This document shows positions 59,964 through 63,381 of a stretch of DNA of 63,381 nt, in pieces. The DNA comes from Bacillota bacterium. Lineage in GTDB: Bacteria > Bacillota > Bacilli > Paenibacillales > Paenibacillaceae. How positions within the stretch are numbered: the first letter of the stretch is position 1; each line of letters starts with the position of its first letter. The notes beneath the pieces were generated by a model. The model was not told the origin of the DNA and made no database searches. It worked only from the letters and a program-made list of their open reading frames with translations. A program made the position numbers and the translations under genes. Where the stretch lies: contig JAEZZE010000314.1 in NCBI GenBank assembly GCA_023418755.1, positions 1-63,381 of the forward strand, given 5' to 3'.

Positions 59964-61193
59964 TTATTCCAAACTTCTAAGAAACAGGTGGATCCTCTCC
60001 AGCGCTTCGGTCAACTGAGCCACGGAGGTCGCGTAGCAGCAGCGCAGAAAGCCTTCTCCTCCTTTGCCGAATACATGGCCCGGAACGGCCGCGACCTTGC
60101 CGTCCAACAGCAGCCTCTCGGCGAATTGCTCGGATGTCAGTCCGGTCGAGCGGATGGACGGGAAAGCGTAGAAAGCTCCTTGCGGCTCGTGGCAATCCAG
60201 TCCCATATCGCGGAAGCCCTGCACGACAAGGCGTCTTCTTTGGTTGTACGATTCCATCATGCGGTCCTTCTCTTCGAGACCGCCTTTGGTCAGAGCCTCG
60301 AGAGCGGCCACCTGTCCCATCGTCGGCGCGCACATAATCGTATATTGATGAATTTTGAGCATGGCGCTGATGAGATCGGGATGTCCGCATGCGTACCCCA
60401 TCCGCCATCCGGTCATCGCGAACGCCTTGGAGAAGCCGCTGACGAGAATCGTCCGATCCTTCATGCCCGGCAACGACGCAAAGCTTGCGTGTTTTCCGTT
60501 AAAAGTCAGCTCCGCGTATATTTCGTCCGAAATAACGATCAAATCGTGCTCCTCGACGATTTTGGCGATCGGCAGCATTTCCTCGTAGGTCATAATCGCC
60601 CCGGTCGGATTGCTTGGATAACAAAGGACGAGAATTTTCGACTTCGGCGTAATCGCCGCGAGCAGGCTTTCCGGGGTCAGCTTGAACTGGTCTTCGGCGA
60701 ACGTCTCGATCCCTACCGCGACGCCCCCGCTCAGCGAGGTGATCGGAGAATAGGAAATGTAGCAGGGCTCGGGAACGAGAATTTCGTCTCCCGGCTCGAT
60801 CAGGGCCCGAAGCGCCAGGTCGATACCTTCGCTGCCTCCTACCGTAACGATCATTTCCTTGCCCGGATCGTAAGTCAGATTAAATTGATTGTATAAGTAC
60901 TGCCCGATCGCTTCCCGCAGCTCCAGCATGCCCGCGTTCGGAGAGTATTGGGTCTTGCCTTTCTCCAGAGAGTACACCGCTGCGTCTCTGACCCGCCAAG
61001 GCGTCACGAAATCCGGTTCGCCCACGCCAAGCGTAATGACGTCCTTGTCTTTGCTGGCACTGACCAAGTCGAAGAAGCGACGGATTCCGGAAGGCGGAAT
61101 CTCGCGGGCGCGGGAAGCCAGATAGCGCTGCATCCCGTCGTTTCGCGAAGGATCGGCCAGCGCGACTTTCGGCTTTTCCTCATCTTTAATCAT
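59964..61193 (-). CDS. Class I/II aminotransferase (YugH/AlaT-like)
   Basis: PSGIRRFFD, LGVGEPDF, DEIY, GFSKAFAMTGWR; follows an Lrp gene as in yugG-yugH. Confidence 0.92.
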   Translation of the reverse strand: MIKDEEKPKVALADPSRNDGMQRYLASRAREIPPSGIRRFFDLVSASKDKDVITLGVGEPDFVTPWRVRDAAVYSLEKGKTQYSPNAGMLELREAIGQYLYNQFNLTYDPGKEMIVTVGGSEGIDLALRALIEPGDEILVPEPCYISYSPITSLSGGVAVGIETFAEDQFKLTPESLLAAITPKSKILVLCYPSNPTGAIMTYEEMLPIAKIVEEHDLIVISDEIYAELTFNGKHASFASLPGMKDRTILVSGFSKAFAMTGWRMGYACGHPDLISAMLKIHQYTIMCAPTMGQVAALEALTKGGLEEKDRMMESYNQRRRLVVQGFRDMGLDCHEPQGAFYAFPSIRSTGLTSEQFAERLLLDGKVAAVPGHVFGKGGEGFLRCCYATSVAQLTEALERIHLFLRSLE

Positions 61194-61231
61194 CTGGCAT
61201 ACTTCCTTTACGTTTACGTTGGATTGCGGAT

Positions 61232-61723
61232 TTATGGCGATACGAGCAGGCGTTGGTCGTCTTCGAACTCTTCGAAAATAATGCCGTCCTGCTTATATTT
61301 CTTAAGAATAAAGAATGTTTTGGTGGAGATGACCGACTCGATCGTCGACAGTTTGTTCGACACGAACGAAGCGACCTCTTTCAGGTTTTTGCCTTCGATT
61401 TCGACGAGCAGATCAAAGGCGCCGGACATCAGATAGACGGATTTCACTTCGGGATACAAGTAAATGCGTTCCGCGATGTTCTCGAATCCGCGTCCTCTCT
61501 CCGGTGTGCAATTCACTTCGATCAACGCCGTAACCTTCTCATCGTCGACTTTGCTCCAATTGACGACCGTCGCGTATTTGACGATGACGTGATCCTGCTC
61601 CAATTCCGCAATCGCTCCGGACACCTCCTCTTCGGAAGCGCCCAGCATCGTCGCGATCGTGGCGGCGGATAAGCGCGCGTCCTCTTTGAGCAGGTCCAAG
61701 ATGCTCAGCTTCAATTCGTTCAT
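61232..61723 (-). CDS. Lrp/AsnC family regulator (YugG/AlaR-like)
   Basis: N-terminal HTH; YLMSGAFDL; FILKKYK.DG. Confidence 0.92.
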   Translation of the reverse strand: MNELKLSILDLLKEDARLSAATIATMLGASEEEVSGAIAELEQDHVIVKYATVVNWSKVDDEKVTALIEVNCTPERGRGFENIAERIYLYPEVKSVYLMSGAFDLLVEIEGKNLKEVASFVSNKLSTIESVISTKTFFILKKYKQDGIIFEEFEDDQRLLVSP

Positions 61724-61856
61724 CCTAATCCCTCCTGAATTACTCTTCATGATACATCAAAAACAGGCTGCATGGGTAGTGAAATCCAATGAAGCTCTAA
61801 AAAATCCCCGTTCCGGCAACAAGAGTGCCGAACGGGGAGCCGTCGCTTGAAAAAGG

Positions 61857-62219
61857 TTATTGATAGGCTGGCGCCTGCGCGCCGTTTTGGGCGTTCGTCT
61901 GGACGTTGGCCTGCGCCGCCTGCGTCTGCTGGACGAACTGCGCCGTCTTTTGCTGCGTCTGCTGATATTCCTTCAATTGCTTGTCCAGCTCGGTCTTGAT
62001 CGCAGGGGAAGACGCGCTGTACATGTTGTTCTGCTGCATGATCGTATAAAGCTCGCCCTGCAGCTTGAGCGTATCGTCCAGAAGCTGCGTAAACGTTTGC
62101 CTGACAACCGGGCATACCGACTCCATGGCAGCCGTCGCGTATTCCCGCGTAACTCGTTTCAAATCGGAAAGAATCGTATAGCCCATATCTTCGTCTGGTA
62201 AAACCGGATTATTGAACAT
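61857..62219 (-). CDS. Spore coat protein (Coat F domain-like)
   Basis: LSDLKR..REYATAAMES.CP.VRQ.F...Q.ELY..M; Gln-rich tail. Confidence 0.8.
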   Translation of the reverse strand: MFNNPVLPDEDMGYTILSDLKRVTREYATAAMESVCPVVRQTFTQLLDDTLKLQGELYTIMQQNNMYSASSPAIKTELDKQLKEYQQTQQKTAQFVQQTQAAQANVQTNAQNGAQAPAYQ

Positions 62220-62243
62220 CTTGGCAACCTCCTCTTAGTCTTG

Positions 62244-62465
62244 CTATGCTTGCGGCTGTGCCGGCGCGATCGATTGATGCTGCTGCAAGGTGCTTAACAA
62301 CGTGTTGTAATGCTGAGTGTGTACGTCGACCATGTGGGAACACGCCTGTTTAAGCTGCTGGTTCGTAATCGTTGCCGCTCCGATCGCGCATTGTTTAATC
62401 AGTAAATCCTCATTCGACATCGAATCGACGATGTATTCCAGCTCTTTCGCTGTGACGGCTTGCAT
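62244..62465 (-). CDS. Small spore-coat-associated hypothetical protein
   Basis: KELEYI.D.MS.EDL.IK...H..HY..L; co-oriented with the coat gene; GGAGG RBS. Confidence 0.7.
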   Translation of the reverse strand: MQAVTAKELEYIVDSMSNEDLLIKQCAIGAATITNQQLKQACSHMVDVHTQHYNTLLSTLQQHQSIAPAQPQA

Positions 62466-62633
62466 TTGACCTCATACCTCCCAATCGTTTTTGGCACATC
62501 GCACCATAGTCTTCCTTGATCTCCACTCGCCTATGCGCGCACCCGACTCCCATCTTTGCCGACGTTCTCCTCCCCTCGAAACCCGATTCGATTCCTCTTC
62601 GTTTAATTCATCGCGCCCCACCCTTTTTCCAGC

Positions 62634-62892
62634 TTCTTACTCCTCCATCCTTAACACATCTCGTTTTTTTCTTGCCTGAGTTATTTCCTTCCACTTTCTT
62701 ACTCCTCCATCCTTAACACATCTCGTTTTTTCCTTACCTGAGCTATCTGCTGATACGTTTTTTTACTTGCATTTGTCTGTAATTACCATTATTCTTTTCG
62801 TTTTGTCTTTCCTTTGCTTCCCTCACCCGCTATTTCATCCAATTTCTTACTCTTTTCCGCAACTAACTAATCTCGTTTTCAATCACCTGAGC
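62634..62892. repeat. Pyrimidine-rich direct repeats (62-bp period pair plus a degenerate third copy)
   Basis: TTCTTACTCCTCCATCCTTAACACATCTCGTTTTTT..TT.CCTGAG at 62634 and 62696; diverged copy at 62844. Confidence 0.8.
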
Positions 62893-63188
62893 CTTCTGCA
62901 GATCCTTCAATTACGTCGTATGCCGTATTCCAAAATCCGCCTATGCGGAAGCATATCCATCCCCCATCTGCCATTCACTCAGGTAAGCCGAATTTGAGTT
63001 GCTTCGACACACCTGCGGGTGAAAAATCATGAAATTATCGAATCCCGAAAATTTATCGTCGCTCTCCGTCTCTTTCCCGCCTCCAGGCCCTCCATCTGCC
63101 ATTCGCTCAGGCAAGCCGAATTCGAGATATAAATGCTCGTCTAAGGTTGGAAAAATCACGATAAATCCTAATTTTATGTTAAATTTAG

Positions 63189-63237
63189 TTGAAATAGGAA
63201 CAAATGTTTGGTATGATGCAAATAAGAACAAACGTTC
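63189..63237 (+). promoter_or_regulatory. SigA promoter with two LexA (SOS) boxes
   Basis: TTGAAA-N17-TATGAT with extended TG; GAAC-AAAT-GTTT (63198-63209) inside the spacer; GAAC-AAAC-GTTC (63226-63237) just downstream. Confidence 0.85.
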
Positions 63238-63259
63238 GTTTGCGAGGTGAGGGGATTCT

Positions 63260-63381
63260 ATGGCGTCCATTCGCAAGTTTATGGCACTTTTTCCGGACGA
63301 GCAGTCCTGCCGGGACTATCTGTTTGCTGCCCGTTGGCCGCGCGGCTTTATTTGCACCAAGTGCGGCGAGATGCGGTACTG
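63260..63381 (+). CDS. IS1595-family transposase-like zinc-ribbon protein (runs off the window)
   Basis: MASIRKFMALFPDEQSCRDYLFAARWPRGFICTKCGEMRY matches the F.DE..C..YL...RWP.GF.C..CG ribbon; GAGGTGA RBS. Confidence 0.85.
   Translation, partial: MASIRKFMALFPDEQSCRDYLFAARWPRGFICTKCGEMRY

Overview
High-GC (roughly 60% by eye) chromosomal window from a spore-forming Paenibacillaceae bacterium, most like Cohnella or Paenibacillus (inferred from gene content). Most of it is core genes: prkA, trmL, serC, glnA, aroF, ispH, an htrA/two-component operon, liaFSR-like genes, thrS with a T-box, mqnC, a SAM-riboswitch met operon, corA, uxaC and sporulation genes. There are two AT-rich islands. The first (~5.8-8.7 kb) holds an unusual Agr-like quorum-sensing operon: a ~7-TM membrane protein with no kinase domain, AgrB, AgrD (predicted ring CVWIL) and a stand-alone LytTR protein with no receiver domain, with a decayed histidine kinase divergently upstream. 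The second (~37.5-40.9 kb) holds a dead IS3-family element and a secreted protein paired with a small membrane protein. Notable non-coding signals are a mutually exclusive hairpin switch with a uORF upstream of corA, a 10 x 51-bp double-hairpin array filling the chitinase/prkA gap, a ~210-nt rod hairpin after thrS, a GlnR/TnrA box on a soluble chemoreceptor, and a LexA-boxed promoter driving an IS1595-like zinc-ribbon gene at the window end. No rRNA, tRNA or CRISPR array was seen. All calls come from reading the sequence; no searches were run.
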